A DNA stretch of 64,000 nt, taken from assembly GCF_011050675.1 (NCBI RefSeq), contig NZ_DRFI01000023.1; one strand, given 5' to 3'. Under the pieces are notes generated by a model. It ran no database searches, was not told where the DNA came from, and worked only from the letters and a program-made list of their open reading frames with translations. Below are positions 38,079 to 48,064 of this stretch, in pieces. Origin of the DNA: Maribacter sp. (GTDB lineage Bacteria; Bacteroidota; Bacteroidia; Flavobacteriales; Flavobacteriaceae). The position numbers and the translations under genes are program-made. Every line of letters starts with the position of its first letter. The first letter of the stretch is position 1.

Positions 38079-38525
38079 ATGAAGCGTATTAATGAATATA
38101 AAAAACTCTTCGGAGTTGAGAAAGAGATTGAACTTAAAGCACTTAAGTCTACTTACAGAAATTTGGTGAAAGAATGGCACCCAGATAAATTTCAAGATGG
38201 TGACGAAAAAAGAGAAGAGGCTGAAGTTCAAAGTCGTCGTATCATTGACGGATACCACTTTCTAGTGAGTATCGCTCCTGAAACTAAAGAAGCAAACAAA
38301 GAGGTATACAACGAATCTATCAATTCTGGTGTTGCCGATTTTCAACATAATGGTTTGGTTTTAGAAGTTACTTTTGTTGACGGTACTACTTACGAGTACT
38401 TTGGTGTTACAAAACCTATTTTTCAAAAAATGATCAATTCTAACAAATTGAACAGATTTGCTAAAAGAAGTATTTTCCCAAATTACCTTTACAGAAAATC
38501 TAAACGTGACCTTCAAGAGGCATAG
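38079..38525 (+). CDS. J-domain protein fused to a KTSC domain
   Basis: ALKSTYRNLVKEWHPDKF with the HPD motif. C-terminal LVLEVTFVDGTTYEYFGVTKPIFQKM matches the KTSC pattern. ATG at 38079 (track start 38055 is TTG). Confidence 0.65.
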   Translation: MKRINEYKKLFGVEKEIELKALKSTYRNLVKEWHPDKFQDGDEKREEAEVQSRRIIDGYHFLVSIAPETKEANKEVYNESINSGVADFQHNGLVLEVTFVDGTTYEYFGVTKPIFQKMINSNKLNRFAKRSIFPNYLYRKSKRDLQEA

Positions 38526-38556
38526 TTTTACATAAATTAATGGTTACAATTAGCGC

Positions 38557-39858
38557 ATGAAAAATCAAGAAGAGATTTTATCGAAATTGAATATTGATGC
38601 GTTGAATCCGATGCAAGAGAGTGCCTTAGAGGTAATTTCTACATCGAATAATACCATTTTACTTTCACCGACCGGTACTGGAAAAACTTTGGCTTTTCTA
38701 CTACCGGTTTTGGATTTATTGGACCATAACAATCCAGAAGTACAAGTATTAATTTTAGTTCCTTCTCGTGAGTTGGCAATACAAATAGAACAAGTTATCC
38801 GTAATATGGGTACTGGTTTTAAAGTGAATGCCATTTATGGTGGTAGGGCGATGTCTAAAGATAAGATAGAGCTAAAACATACACCTGCAATTTTAGTCGG
38901 AACGCCTGGTAGAATTCTTGACCATTTTATGGCGGATCGTTTTACTAAAAAGCATATTAAAACATTAATTCTTGACGAATTCGATAAGTCTTTAGAAGTC
39001 GGATTTGAAGAGGAGATGACTGAAATTCTTGCGGAATTACCAAATCTTAAAAAACGTATTCTTACTTCTGCAACAGAGGCTGTTAAAATTCCCAAGTTTG
39101 TGGGAATGGAAAACCCTAGAAGAATCAATTATCTTAAGAAAGATACACCATCAAAACTTACGATAAGTACAGTTATCTCTGAAGAAAAAGATAAGTTGAA
39201 AACATTAGTTCAACTTTTAAAATATATTGGCGAAGAACCAGGTATTATCTTTTGTAATTTAAAAGATAGTATTGATACTGTTAGTTCGTTTCTAAGTCAG
39301 AAACATATTCTGCATGAGTGCTTTTCTGGTGGTATGGAACAGAAAGACCGCGAACGTGCTTTAATTAAATTTAGAAATGGTAGCAGTCGTATTTTAGTTG
39401 CAACTGATTTAGCCGGTAGAGGTATTGATATTCCTGAATTAAAATTTATCATTCATTACGAATTACCACAACGTATTGAAGAGTTTACGCATCGTAATGG
39501 TAGAACTGCTCGTGTAAATGCTACAGGTACCGCCTATGTTATAAAATGGGACCAAGAATCGTTACCTGGGTTTATTTCAAATTCAAAGCCAATTGGCATC
39601 GGTAAAACCAATAGGTTAGGGGACCCTTTTTGGGAAACGTTATTTATTTCTGGTGGCAGAAAAGATAAAATATCTAAAGGTGATATTGCCGGACTTTTCT
39701 TTAAACAAGGTGGTTTGAACAGAGAAGAATTAGGAGACATTGAACTAAAGCAAGATTGTGCTTTTGTAGCAGTCCCTAAAAGCAAATCAGATAAACTTGT
39801 AAACGAGTTAAACAACTCCCGATTAAAAAAGAAAAAAGTGCGTATTACCGTACTTTAA
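38557..39858 (+). CDS. DEAD-box ATP-dependent RNA helicase with DbpA-type C-terminal RNA-binding domain
   Basis: Q motif. PTGTGKT. DEFD variant of the DEAD box. SAT. HRNGRTAR. C-terminal GGRKDKISKGDIAGLF...VAVP. Confidence 0.85.
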   Translation: MKNQEEILSKLNIDALNPMQESALEVISTSNNTILLSPTGTGKTLAFLLPVLDLLDHNNPEVQVLILVPSRELAIQIEQVIRNMGTGFKVNAIYGGRAMSKDKIELKHTPAILVGTPGRILDHFMADRFTKKHIKTLILDEFDKSLEVGFEEEMTEILAELPNLKKRILTSATEAVKIPKFVGMENPRRINYLKKDTPSKLTISTVISEEKDKLKTLVQLLKYIGEEPGIIFCNLKDSIDTVSSFLSQKHILHECFSGGMEQKDRERALIKFRNGSSRILVATDLAGRGIDIPELKFIIHYELPQRIEEFTHRNGRTARVNATGTAYVIKWDQESLPGFISNSKPIGIGKTNRLGDPFWETLFISGGRKDKISKGDIAGLFFKQGGLNREELGDIELKQDCAFVAVPKSKSDKLVNELNNSRLKKKKVRITVL

Positions 39859-39892
39859 TCATAGTTAGTATTTTTGCCCTTTTTAAGGTAGT

Positions 39893-41446
39893 ATGATGAA
39901 GGATAAACAACACGAGAACGAAACTGAAATCGATTTAACCGAGATTGAAAGTTGTATTGAAATTTTAAATCGTTTGGTAACTGATACCAATCAAATATTT
40001 GAAATTCCTGAAGATAGAAGAATTGCCTTAATTAAAGTTGCAGGTCAATTATCTCGCCCCAACAAGCAAGAGTTTGCTAAAAGGGTTAAAGATGCCAAAC
40101 GAAACGAGAAAAGAAAACAAGCTGTTCGTGATAAACATGCTCGTAAAGAAACTGGTATTCGAAGCGCTCGTGAAGCACATGTTTTTGTAGCTCCTAAATT
40201 ATTACCTGCTGCAGAGTTAGCTAGCAAAGATCTACCAGAACTTACAACTCCTCGTAACTGTTACGTGTGTAAGACAGAGTTCACTAAGCTTCACCATTTT
40301 TATGATACTATGTGTACCGATTGTGGTGATTTTAACTATGCAAAAAGATTTCAGAATGCCAATGTAAAAGGACAGGTTGCGGTCATTACCGGATCACGCT
40401 TAAAAATTGGTTACCATATTACTTTAATGCTTTTACGTGGCGGAGCTACCGTTATTGCTACCACACGTTTCCCTGTAGATTCTGCCCTTCGTTTTTCTAA
40501 AGAGGACGATTTTATGGAGTGGGGGCATCGACTTAAAATTCACGGATTAGATTTACGTCACATCCCTAGTGTTGAGATATTCTGCAATTTTATCGAGCAG
40601 CAATATGACAAACTTGATATTTTAATAAACAACGCGGCACAAACCGTACGTAGACCAGCAGGTTTTTACCATCACTTAATGGAAAATGAAGAACGAGAGT
40701 ATTCTTCATTACCAAAGTTTGCCCAAATGGTTTTGAGTGACCATGAAAGTTGTTTAGACGAATTAAAATCGTTCAGTTCTAAAGCTTCTCCAAATCAGAA
40801 TATGCCTGTTACTTGGCATGGACCAGAACCTGGTATAGGTTTAAGAGCATCTGCTAAACTGTCTCAAATACCATATAGTTTTGATAATGCATTGGTTGCC
40901 CAAGAGGTTTTCCCTACAGGAGAATTGGATGCCGATTTACAACAAGTAGATTTACGTAAAACCAATAGCTGGAGGTTAAAGTTAGGTGAAATTGAAACCA
41001 CTGAAATGATTGAGGTTCAGCTAGTTAATTCAGTCGCCCCATTTGTTCTTTGCAACCGTTTGGCAGAATTAATGAAGAAAGAAAATACGGGTCAAAAACA
41101 TATTATTAATGTTACGGCTATGGAAGGCAAATTCCACCGTTTCTTCAAAGAATCGCGTCATCCACATACCAATATGGCGAAAGCAGCTTTAAATATGCTA
41201 ACGCATACCGCTGCTGGCGAACTAGCCAAAGATGGTATTTTTATGAATGCAGTTGATACCGGTTGGGTTACAGATGAAGATCCTGCTGAATTGGCTAAAA
41301 AGAAACAAGAAGTGCACGATTTTCAACCTCCTTTAGATATTGTTGATGGTGCTGCTAGAGTAATGGACCCTCTATTTGACGGAATTAACACAGGAAAGCA
41401 CTGGTGTGGTAAATTCTTAAAAGACTACTTTCCTATAGATTGGTAA
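39893..41446 (+). CDS. SDR-family oxidoreductase with a ~150-aa N-terminal extension (basic coiled coil plus CxxC...CxxC zinc-ribbon-like motif)
   Basis: [26 protein letters not shown] dinucleotide motif, NNAAQ and Y...K catalytic region. N-terminal CYVCKTEF...CTDCGDF. Confidence 0.65.
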   Translation: MMKDKQHENETEIDLTEIESCIEILNRLVTDTNQIFEIPEDRRIALIKVAGQLSRPNKQEFAKRVKDAKRNEKRKQAVRDKHARKETGIRSAREAHVFVAPKLLPAAELASKDLPELTTPRNCYVCKTEFTKLHHFYDTMCTDCGDFNYAKRFQNANVKGQVAVITGSRLKIGYHITLMLLRGGATVIATTRFPVDSALRFSKEDDFMEWGHRLKIHGLDLRHIPSVEIFCNFIEQQYDKLDILINNAAQTVRRPAGFYHHLMENEEREYSSLPKFAQMVLSDHESCLDELKSFSSKASPNQNMPVTWHGPEPGIGLRASAKLSQIPYSFDNALVAQEVFPTGELDADLQQVDLRKTNSWRLKLGEIETTEMIEVQLVNSVAPFVLCNRLAELMKKENTGQKHIINVTAMEGKFHRFFKESRHPHTNMAKAALNMLTHTAAGELAKDGIFMNAVDTGWVTDEDPAELAKKKQEVHDFQPPLDIVDGAARVMDPLFDGINTGKHWCGKFLKDYFPIDW

Positions 41447-41593
41447 TAGAATTTCAATAATTATCCTATCAGAATAGTATAATTCATTTTTGGAACGGCT
41501 ACAATATGAAAATCGTAAAAATGATTTTCAGTATATGTTATACGTATCAGTTTAAGTAACTTTAGGTTTTAACCAACCTATTATTTAAGCTAA

Positions 41594-44500
41594 ATGAAAA
41601 CCTTTGTTCGTTTCCTTTCTATTTCTACATTCTTATTTAGTACAACTCTCGTAATAGCTCAAGATTTTTCGGCATTTGAATACCGTACTATCGGTCCCTC
41701 TAGAGGTGGTCGTGTTACTACGGTTACTGGCACACCAGTTTTACCAGGTACTTTTTACCTAGGTGCATCTGGTGCCGGTGTTTGGAAAACCGATGATTAT
41801 GGTACATCATGGAATAATGTTTCTGACGGCTTTTTTGAAACGCCATCAATTGGTGCTATAGAGGTTGCTATTAACGATCCTAATATTGTTTATGTTGGTA
41901 CTGGTTCTGACGGACTGCGTAGTAACATCATCAGCGGAAAAGGTGTTTATAAGTCTATAGATGCTGGTGAAACTTGGGACCATATTGGACTAGCTAAAGC
42001 CGGACAGATTGGTGCAGTAGAAATTGACCCTACAAATAGTAATATCGTTTGGGTGGCTGCTATTGGCGATGCTTTTAAAGCTAATGAAGAACGAGGCATT
42101 TACAAAACCATTGATGGTGGTGTTACTTGGGAGAAGATGTTACATATATCTAACACAACCGGATTTGCAGATTTAGAGCTTCTGCCTGGTAACCCCAATG
42201 TGGTTTACGCCGCGGCATGGAAAGCACAACGAACTCCTTGGACAATTATATCTGGTGGGGAGAACAAAGAAGGTGGCATATATAAATCTGTAAACGGAGG
42301 AAAAGACTGGATCAAATTAGAAACAGGATTACCAAAAGGATTGATAGGGAAAATAGATTTGGCGGTATCTGCCGTTGATTCTAGCATACTTTATGCGGTA
42401 ATTGAAGCTCCAGGAGATGAAGGCGGAGTTTACAAATCTGTAGACCAAGGAAAAACATTCGTGCAAACGTCAAATAATAAAGGTTTAGTTAACAGACCAT
42501 TCTACTACATTAATATAGAATTGGACCCTACCAATCCGGATATCGTGTATTCTAATGCCAACCCGTTATTGAAATCAAAAGATGGAGGTAAAACATGGAA
42601 TATGATGTCTGTACCACATGGTGATAATCACGATATATGGATAAACCCCAATAATCCAGATTTATTAATTCAGTGTAATGATGGTGGCGCCAATGTTTCT
42701 CACAACGGTGGTAAAACATGGTCTTCACAATTCAACCAACCAACAGCTGAAATTTATCAGGTAGCGGTAGATGATCAATATCCTTATTGGATATATGGTG
42801 CACAACAAGATAATACCACCATTGCAATTCCAAGTTCTGCGCCAAGTGGAACTTCTGCTCAAGGTACGCAGGTAATGATTGAAGTTGGTGGCTGTGAAAC
42901 TGGTCCGTCAATTCCTAAGCCGGGCAATCACAATATCGTTTACAACAACTGTAAAGGACGCTTTAGTGTTTATAATAAAATAACTGGTACGGGTAGAGAA
43001 TACTCCATAGGTGCTTCCAATATTTACGGACATAACCCTAAAGATTTAAAATACAGGCTTCAACGTGTAGCTCCTGTTCATGTGTCTCCACATGATCCTG
43101 ATGTAGTTTATATGGGGTCTCAATTTGTGCATAAAACAAGAAATGACGGAGTTATTTGGGAAACCATTTCTCCAGATTTAACTGCCTTTGAAGCAGATAA
43201 GCAAGTGATTTCGGGTAGCCCAATAACTAGAGACATTACAGGCGAAGAATATTACAGTACAATTTATTCTATCAGAGAGTCTAAAATTAAAAAAGACCTT
43301 ATTTGGACGGGATCTAATGACGGCGTTATTTCAATTACCCAAGATGGCGGACAGACATGGACTAATGTTACACCTAAGAAAATGCCAAAAGGAGGTAGAG
43401 TTGAATCAATTGAACCTTCTCAATTTGACCCTGCAAAAGCATATATTTCGGTAGACAGACATTTGTTAGGTGATGCTACTCCGTATTTCTACAAAACAGC
43501 AGATTATGGTAAAACTTGGGAATTAATAAGTACCACTACAAACGGAATTCCATCTGACTATACAGCTAAAGTATTACGTGAAGACCCAGAAACTGCGGGA
43601 CTTTTATATGCAGGTACAGAATACGGAATGTTTGTTTCTCTGGATGATGGTAAACAATGGAAATCTTTTCAACAAAACTTACCAGTTACACCTATTACCG
43701 ATATCATTATTAAAAGAGGAGATTTGGTTTTGAGTACCATGGGGCGTGGTTTTTGGGTATTAGATAATATTGCCTCCTTAAGAGATACAGATATTGCGAC
43801 ACTTTCGGATACTCCTGTTTTGTTCAAACCAGATAATACGATTAGATATAGTACACCTAGAAGATCAAGTGGTTTTCCTGATTATCCAACAACCGGAGTT
43901 ATAATTGATTACTACTTGCCAAAGGAACTTAAAAGTGAGGTGCAATTAGAAATTTTAAACGCTAACAAACAGCCTGTCGCTTCTATTTTAAGTGATTCTA
44001 CAAAGATTAAATCTAGCAAGGAAGAAGTTGAAAACATGGGGCTTAGTATGACTTTTAGTTACTTTGACGCAAAGCTTGAAACCAAAAAAGGTATTAATAG
44101 ATTTCAATGGGATATGCGCCAAAAAGGTGCATGGAGCGATAAGGAATCTAGAAAGTATAAAAATGGACCTATAGTACCACCAGGTAACTATATTGCTAAA
44201 TTAACAGTAGGAGAGAAGACTTTTGAGCAGCCTTTTGAAATTTTGGTAGATCCACGTTTAGCAGAAGAAGGTATAGATAATACTATCATTCTTGAGCACT
44301 TAGCTTTTGAAAATAAAGTGCTTAATTTATTAACGGAAGCCAGAAAGTTTCAGTCAAAATTAGAAGCACAGATTAAAAAAAGTAAAGGAGATGAAAAAGC
44401 TACCTTAGAGACTGTTTTAAAAGAAATAAAAAATGAAGAAGGTGCATATCCTCAACAAATGCTGGTTGCACAAATATCCTATTTATCTTATATCGTTGGT

Positions 44501-44596
44501 GGTGCAGATAAAGTGCCCGGCAATGAAGAAGTAGAACGACTTAAAGAGTTACAACAACAGTTTAATTCTGTAAAAAATAAAGTAAAACTTAACTAG
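41594..44596 (+). CDS. Secreted BNR/sortilin (VPS10)-type beta-propeller protein, 1000 aa
   Basis: Signal peptide. At least eight S-x-D-x-G-x-T-W BNR motifs (SIDAGETW, TIDGGVTW, SVNGGKDW, SKDGGKTW, SHNGGKTW, TQDGGQTW, TADYGKTW, LDDGKQW). Confidence 0.75.
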   Translation: MKTFVRFLSISTFLFSTTLVIAQDFSAFEYRTIGPSRGGRVTTVTGTPVLPGTFYLGASGAGVWKTDDYGTSWNNVSDGFFETPSIGAIEVAINDPNIVYVGTGSDGLRSNIISGKGVYKSIDAGETWDHIGLAKAGQIGAVEIDPTNSNIVWVAAIGDAFKANEERGIYKTIDGGVTWEKMLHISNTTGFADLELLPGNPNVVYAAAWKAQRTPWTIISGGENKEGGIYKSVNGGKDWIKLETGLPKGLIGKIDLAVSAVDSSILYAVIEAPGDEGGVYKSVDQGKTFVQTSNNKGLVNRPFYYINIELDPTNPDIVYSNANPLLKSKDGGKTWNMMSVPHGDNHDIWINPNNPDLLIQCNDGGANVSHNGGKTWSSQFNQPTAEIYQVAVDDQYPYWIYGAQQDNTTIAIPSSAPSGTSAQGTQVMIEVGGCETGPSIPKPGNHNIVYNNCKGRFSVYNKITGTGREYSIGASNIYGHNPKDLKYRLQRVAPVHVSPHDPDVVYMGSQFVHKTRNDGVIWETISPDLTAFEADKQVISGSPITRDITGEEYYSTIYSIRESKIKKDLIWTGSNDGVISITQDGGQTWTNVTPKKMPKGGRVESIEPSQFDPAKAYISVDRHLLGDATPYFYKTADYGKTWELISTTTNGIPSDYTAKVLREDPETAGLLYAGTEYGMFVSLDDGKQWKSFQQNLPVTPITDIIIKRGDLVLSTMGRGFWVLDNIASLRDTDIATLSDTPVLFKPDNTIRYSTPRRSSGFPDYPTTGVIIDYYLPKELKSEVQLEILNANKQPVASILSDSTKIKSSKEEVENMGLSMTFSYFDAKLETKKGINRFQWDMRQKGAWSDKESRKYKNGPIVPPGNYIAKLTVGEKTFEQPFEILVDPRLAEEGIDNTIILEHLAFENKVLNLLTEARKFQSKLEAQIKKSKGDEKATLETVLKEIKNEEGAYPQQMLVAQISYLSYIVGGADKVPGNEEVERLKELQQQFNSVKNKVKLN

Positions 44597-44605
44597 ATAT
44601 TTAAT

Positions 44606-44636
44606 GGGCAATTGCTACGAATAACGACAATTGCCC
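44606..44636 (+). terminator. Hairpin downstream of the BNR gene, possible terminator without a clear U-tract
   Basis: Stem gggcaattg (44606-44614), 13-nt loop, stem caattgccc (44628-44636), followed by A5 rather than T-run. Confidence 0.3.
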
Positions 44637-44755
44637 AAAAATCTCGTCGATAGAATAAAGGTTTCCGTATAAACAAACGAGCCAAACTTCTATTACATTC
44701 TACCAGAAAAGTATAAAGTTTCATTTTTGAAGTGTTAATTAAAAACACGCTTTAA

Positions 44756-46087
44756 ATGAAACAATATATAATCATAGCAAGCATTTTATTTGCTCACTTT
44801 GCTTTTGCACAAGATGTAGAAACCAATACCGCCTCTAAAATTTGGTCTTTAGAAGATTGTATTACTTACGCAATAGAAAATAACATAACTATAAAGGATG
44901 CTGATTTAAATACCAGTATTTCTGAAGTAAGTTATAATAAAGCCAAATCAGCTAAGCTTCCAAACTTATTTGGTAGTGCTTCCCAAAACTTCTCAAACGG
45001 TACATCTATTGACCCAATTACCAGCGATTACGTTTCTGACCAAATACATAGTACCAATCTTGGAATAAATAGCTCCGTAACTCTTTTTCAAGGAAGTCAA
45101 TTAAATAATCAGGTAAAGCAAAATCAACTATTAATAGAACAGAATAGTTTATTGGCACAAGAAGCCAAAAACAATATTGTAATCAGCATTCTAGAATCTT
45201 ATTTACAAACCTTATACAGTAAAGAGGGGATTAGCATTGCCGAAAACAATTTAAGCGCTTCAGAAAAAGAGGTGCTACGAGCAAAATCTAGATTAGATGC
45301 CGGTACTATTGCATTAAGTGATTATACCGAAGCTCAAAGTCAGGCAGCAACTAATAAATACAATGTAATTGCTGCAAAAAATGATTACGAGCTTAACATC
45401 ATTAACCTAAAACAATTACTTGAATTATCGCCCTTAGAGGATTTAACTATTGAAACGGTTGATGAGAATCAAGATTTAATAAATCTAGAATTAAACAAAG
45501 AAGCTATTTACACCAATGCCCTATCGTATTTACCTGAAGTAGAGGCTAGCAAAACAAATATTCTAGTTAACGAAAAAGAGTTAGAAATAGCGAAAGGTGG
45601 TTATTTACCAACCCTTGCTTTAACAGGAAGTCTTGGTTCTGGTTACACCAGTATACGTGACAATACTTTCACCGATCAATTAGATGTCAATTTTAATCAA
45701 AGGTTAGGGCTAAGTTTAAGCATACCTATTTTCAATAGAAATCAGACAAAATCTGCTGTTCAGACCGCTTCATTTAATATAGAAAAAGCTGAGATTCAGA
45801 AACAAACTATTGAGAAAGAAGTAATTAAAAAGGTGGAAACAGCCTACCAAAATGCACTTTCATCACAGGAACAATTAGTGGCTGCAGAAGTCTCCCAAGA
45901 TGCAGCAGAACAGTCTTATAATCTAGCGCAGAAAAAATATGAGCTGGGCGACTTAAGTACTACCGATTTGGTAATTAGTCAAAACACCTTTACCAATGCG
46001 CAACAGAACTATTTACAATCAAAATACCTAAATATTTTATACCATCAATTATTACAATTCTATCAAGGAAACGATATTAAACTTTAA
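44756..46087 (+). CDS. TolC-family outer-membrane efflux protein
   Basis: Signal peptide. Two OEP repeats. 443 aa. First gene of a four-gene efflux operon. Confidence 0.8.
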   Translation: MKQYIIIASILFAHFAFAQDVETNTASKIWSLEDCITYAIENNITIKDADLNTSISEVSYNKAKSAKLPNLFGSASQNFSNGTSIDPITSDYVSDQIHSTNLGINSSVTLFQGSQLNNQVKQNQLLIEQNSLLAQEAKNNIVISILESYLQTLYSKEGISIAENNLSASEKEVLRAKSRLDAGTIALSDYTEAQSQAATNKYNVIAAKNDYELNIINLKQLLELSPLEDLTIETVDENQDLINLELNKEAIYTNALSYLPEVEASKTNILVNEKELEIAKGGYLPTLALTGSLGSGYTSIRDNTFTDQLDVNFNQRLGLSLSIPIFNRNQTKSAVQTASFNIEKAEIQKQTIEKEVIKKVETAYQNALSSQEQLVAAEVSQDAAEQSYNLAQKKYELGDLSTTDLVISQNTFTNAQQNYLQSKYLNILYHQLLQFYQGNDIKL

Positions 46088-46092
46088 TCAAA

Positions 46093-47316
46093 ATGAAAAA
46101 TAAAACAAAAATCATAATAGGAGGAATAGCGCTGGTAGTCTTAGCTTTTGTAGCATATAGCTTTATAAAAGGTGATGACAGCGTTGCTATTGAAGCGAAA
46201 ACCATAGCCGCTAAAAAAGGTGACGTTACCACTATGGTAACTGCAACAGGTACTATTGAGCCTATAAACCAAGTTGATGTTGGTACGCAAGTCTCTGGTG
46301 TTGTGGAGAAAGTATATGTTGATTACAATAGTGAAGTTAAAGAGGGGCAATTAATTGCGGAATTAGATAAAACGAATCTTAAAGCTTCCTCTACACAAGC
46401 ACAAGCGTCTTATGACAATGCTATTAGTCAAAGAAATTATTTGCAAACCATTTATGAAAGACAGAAATCGTTGTACGATAATCAAGTAATCAGCAAATCT
46501 GATTTTGACGATGCTGTTTACAATTACGAAACTGCAAAAGGCACAGTTACACAACGTTTGTCTGACTTGCAACAGGCCAAAACAAACTTAGGCTATGCAA
46601 ATATCTATTCTCCTATAGATGGTGTGGTACTATCAAGAGATATTGATGAGGGGCAAACAGTAGCCGCAAGCTACAGTACACCAACACTTTTTACCATTGC
46701 ACAAGATTTACAAGAAATGCAGGTAGAGGCCGATGTTGATGAGGCAGATATAGGAGTTGTAAAAGAAGGACAACGAGTAAGTTTCACTGTTGATGCTTAC
46801 CAAGGTCAAGAATTTGAAGGTGAAGTAACGCAGGTAAGATTAGATCCCACCATTACTTCAAATGTAGTTACCTACACAGTGGTTATCAAAGCTGATAATC
46901 CTGATTTAAAACTTAAACCAGGTTTAACGGCAACTATTTCGATTTACACCCTAGAACTAAAAGATGTGTTATCGGTAGAAGCAAAAGCGATCAATTTTAA
47001 GCCTACACCACCAGAAATGATGGCATACAACGAGCAGGAGAAGTTAACGGTAGAGCGTCCCAATAATGGACCACGAACAACCGATGAAGAAGTTGTTACC
47101 AAAGTTTGGGTTTTAGAATCTAATGGAGCTATTACTCCGAAACAAGTGAAATTAGGTGCAAGTGATGGAGTAAACGTTCAAATTTTAAGTGGTATTAATG
47201 AAGGTGACAAATTGGTATATAGTTTAAAATCCGAAACTACCCAGTCTGGTGTTGTAGCAGGCGGTACAGAAGAGAGTCCATTTATGCCACAACGCCCAGG
47301 AGGTAAAAAGAAATAA
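46093..47316 (+). CDS. Efflux periplasmic adaptor subunit (HlyD/MacA-like membrane fusion protein)
   Basis: N-terminal TM helix. Biotinyl/lipoyl-like hairpin. Coiled coil. Beta-barrel. C-terminal G-rich tail. Confidence 0.8.
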   Translation: MKNKTKIIIGGIALVVLAFVAYSFIKGDDSVAIEAKTIAAKKGDVTTMVTATGTIEPINQVDVGTQVSGVVEKVYVDYNSEVKEGQLIAELDKTNLKASSTQAQASYDNAISQRNYLQTIYERQKSLYDNQVISKSDFDDAVYNYETAKGTVTQRLSDLQQAKTNLGYANIYSPIDGVVLSRDIDEGQTVAASYSTPTLFTIAQDLQEMQVEADVDEADIGVVKEGQRVSFTVDAYQGQEFEGEVTQVRLDPTITSNVVTYTVVIKADNPDLKLKPGLTATISIYTLELKDVLSVEAKAINFKPTPPEMMAYNEQEKLTVERPNNGPRTTDEEVVTKVWVLESNGAITPKQVKLGASDGVNVQILSGINEGDKLVYSLKSETTQSGVVAGGTEESPFMPQRPGGKKK

Positions 47317-47318
47317 GC

Positions 47319-48062
47319 ATGAGTAAAGAAATCATTAAAATAGAAGACTTAAAACGTGAGTTCGTCATGGGCACAGAAACTGTTCATGCACTACGTGGAA
47401 TATCATTTTCTATAAAAGAAGGAGAATTTGTGACCATAATGGGATCTAGTGGTTCTGGTAAAAGTACAATGCTTAATATATTGGGCTGCCTAGACCAACC
47501 TACATCTGGTACTTATGAGATTGATGGTGTAAGCATGAAAGATTTAAGTAGAAATGAACTGGCTACAATTAGAAATGAGAAAATAGGATTCATTTTTCAA
47601 TCTTATAACCTTTTAGCTAGAACATCGGCAATAGAAAATGTAGAGTTACCATTGTTATATAACAGCAAGGTATCTACAGAGGAGCGAAGAGAACGCGCTA
47701 TTAAAGCCTTAGAAATGGTTGGCTTGGGAGATAGATTACATCATACACCTTCTCAACTTTCTGGTGGTCAACAACAACGTGTTGCCATTGCTAGATCACT
47801 AGTAAACAACCCAGTAATGATTTTAGCAGATGAGGCAACGGGTAATTTAGATACACGTACTTCTTATGAGATTATGTCTTTATTTCAAGAATTGAACAAG
47901 AAAGGTATCACCATCACCTTTGTTACTCACGAGCCAGATATAGCTACGTTTAGTAGTAGAACAATTGTATTAAAAGATGGGGATATCATGCAAGATTATC
48001 AAAATCATAAAATACAATCCGCAGCAGCAGAATTGGCAAAATTGCCTAAACAAGACGATTAA
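47319..48062 (+). CDS. ABC transporter ATP-binding protein (MacB/LolD-type)
   Basis: Walker A GSSGSGKST. Signature LSGGQQQRVAIAR. Walker B ILADEATGNLD. Confidence 0.85.
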   Translation: MSKEIIKIEDLKREFVMGTETVHALRGISFSIKEGEFVTIMGSSGSGKSTMLNILGCLDQPTSGTYEIDGVSMKDLSRNELATIRNEKIGFIFQSYNLLARTSAIENVELPLLYNSKVSTEERRERAIKALEMVGLGDRLHHTPSQLSGGQQQRVAIARSLVNNPVMILADEATGNLDTRTSYEIMSLFQELNKKGITITFVTHEPDIATFSSRTIVLKDGDIMQDYQNHKIQSAAAELAKLPKQDD

Positions 48063-48064
48063 TT

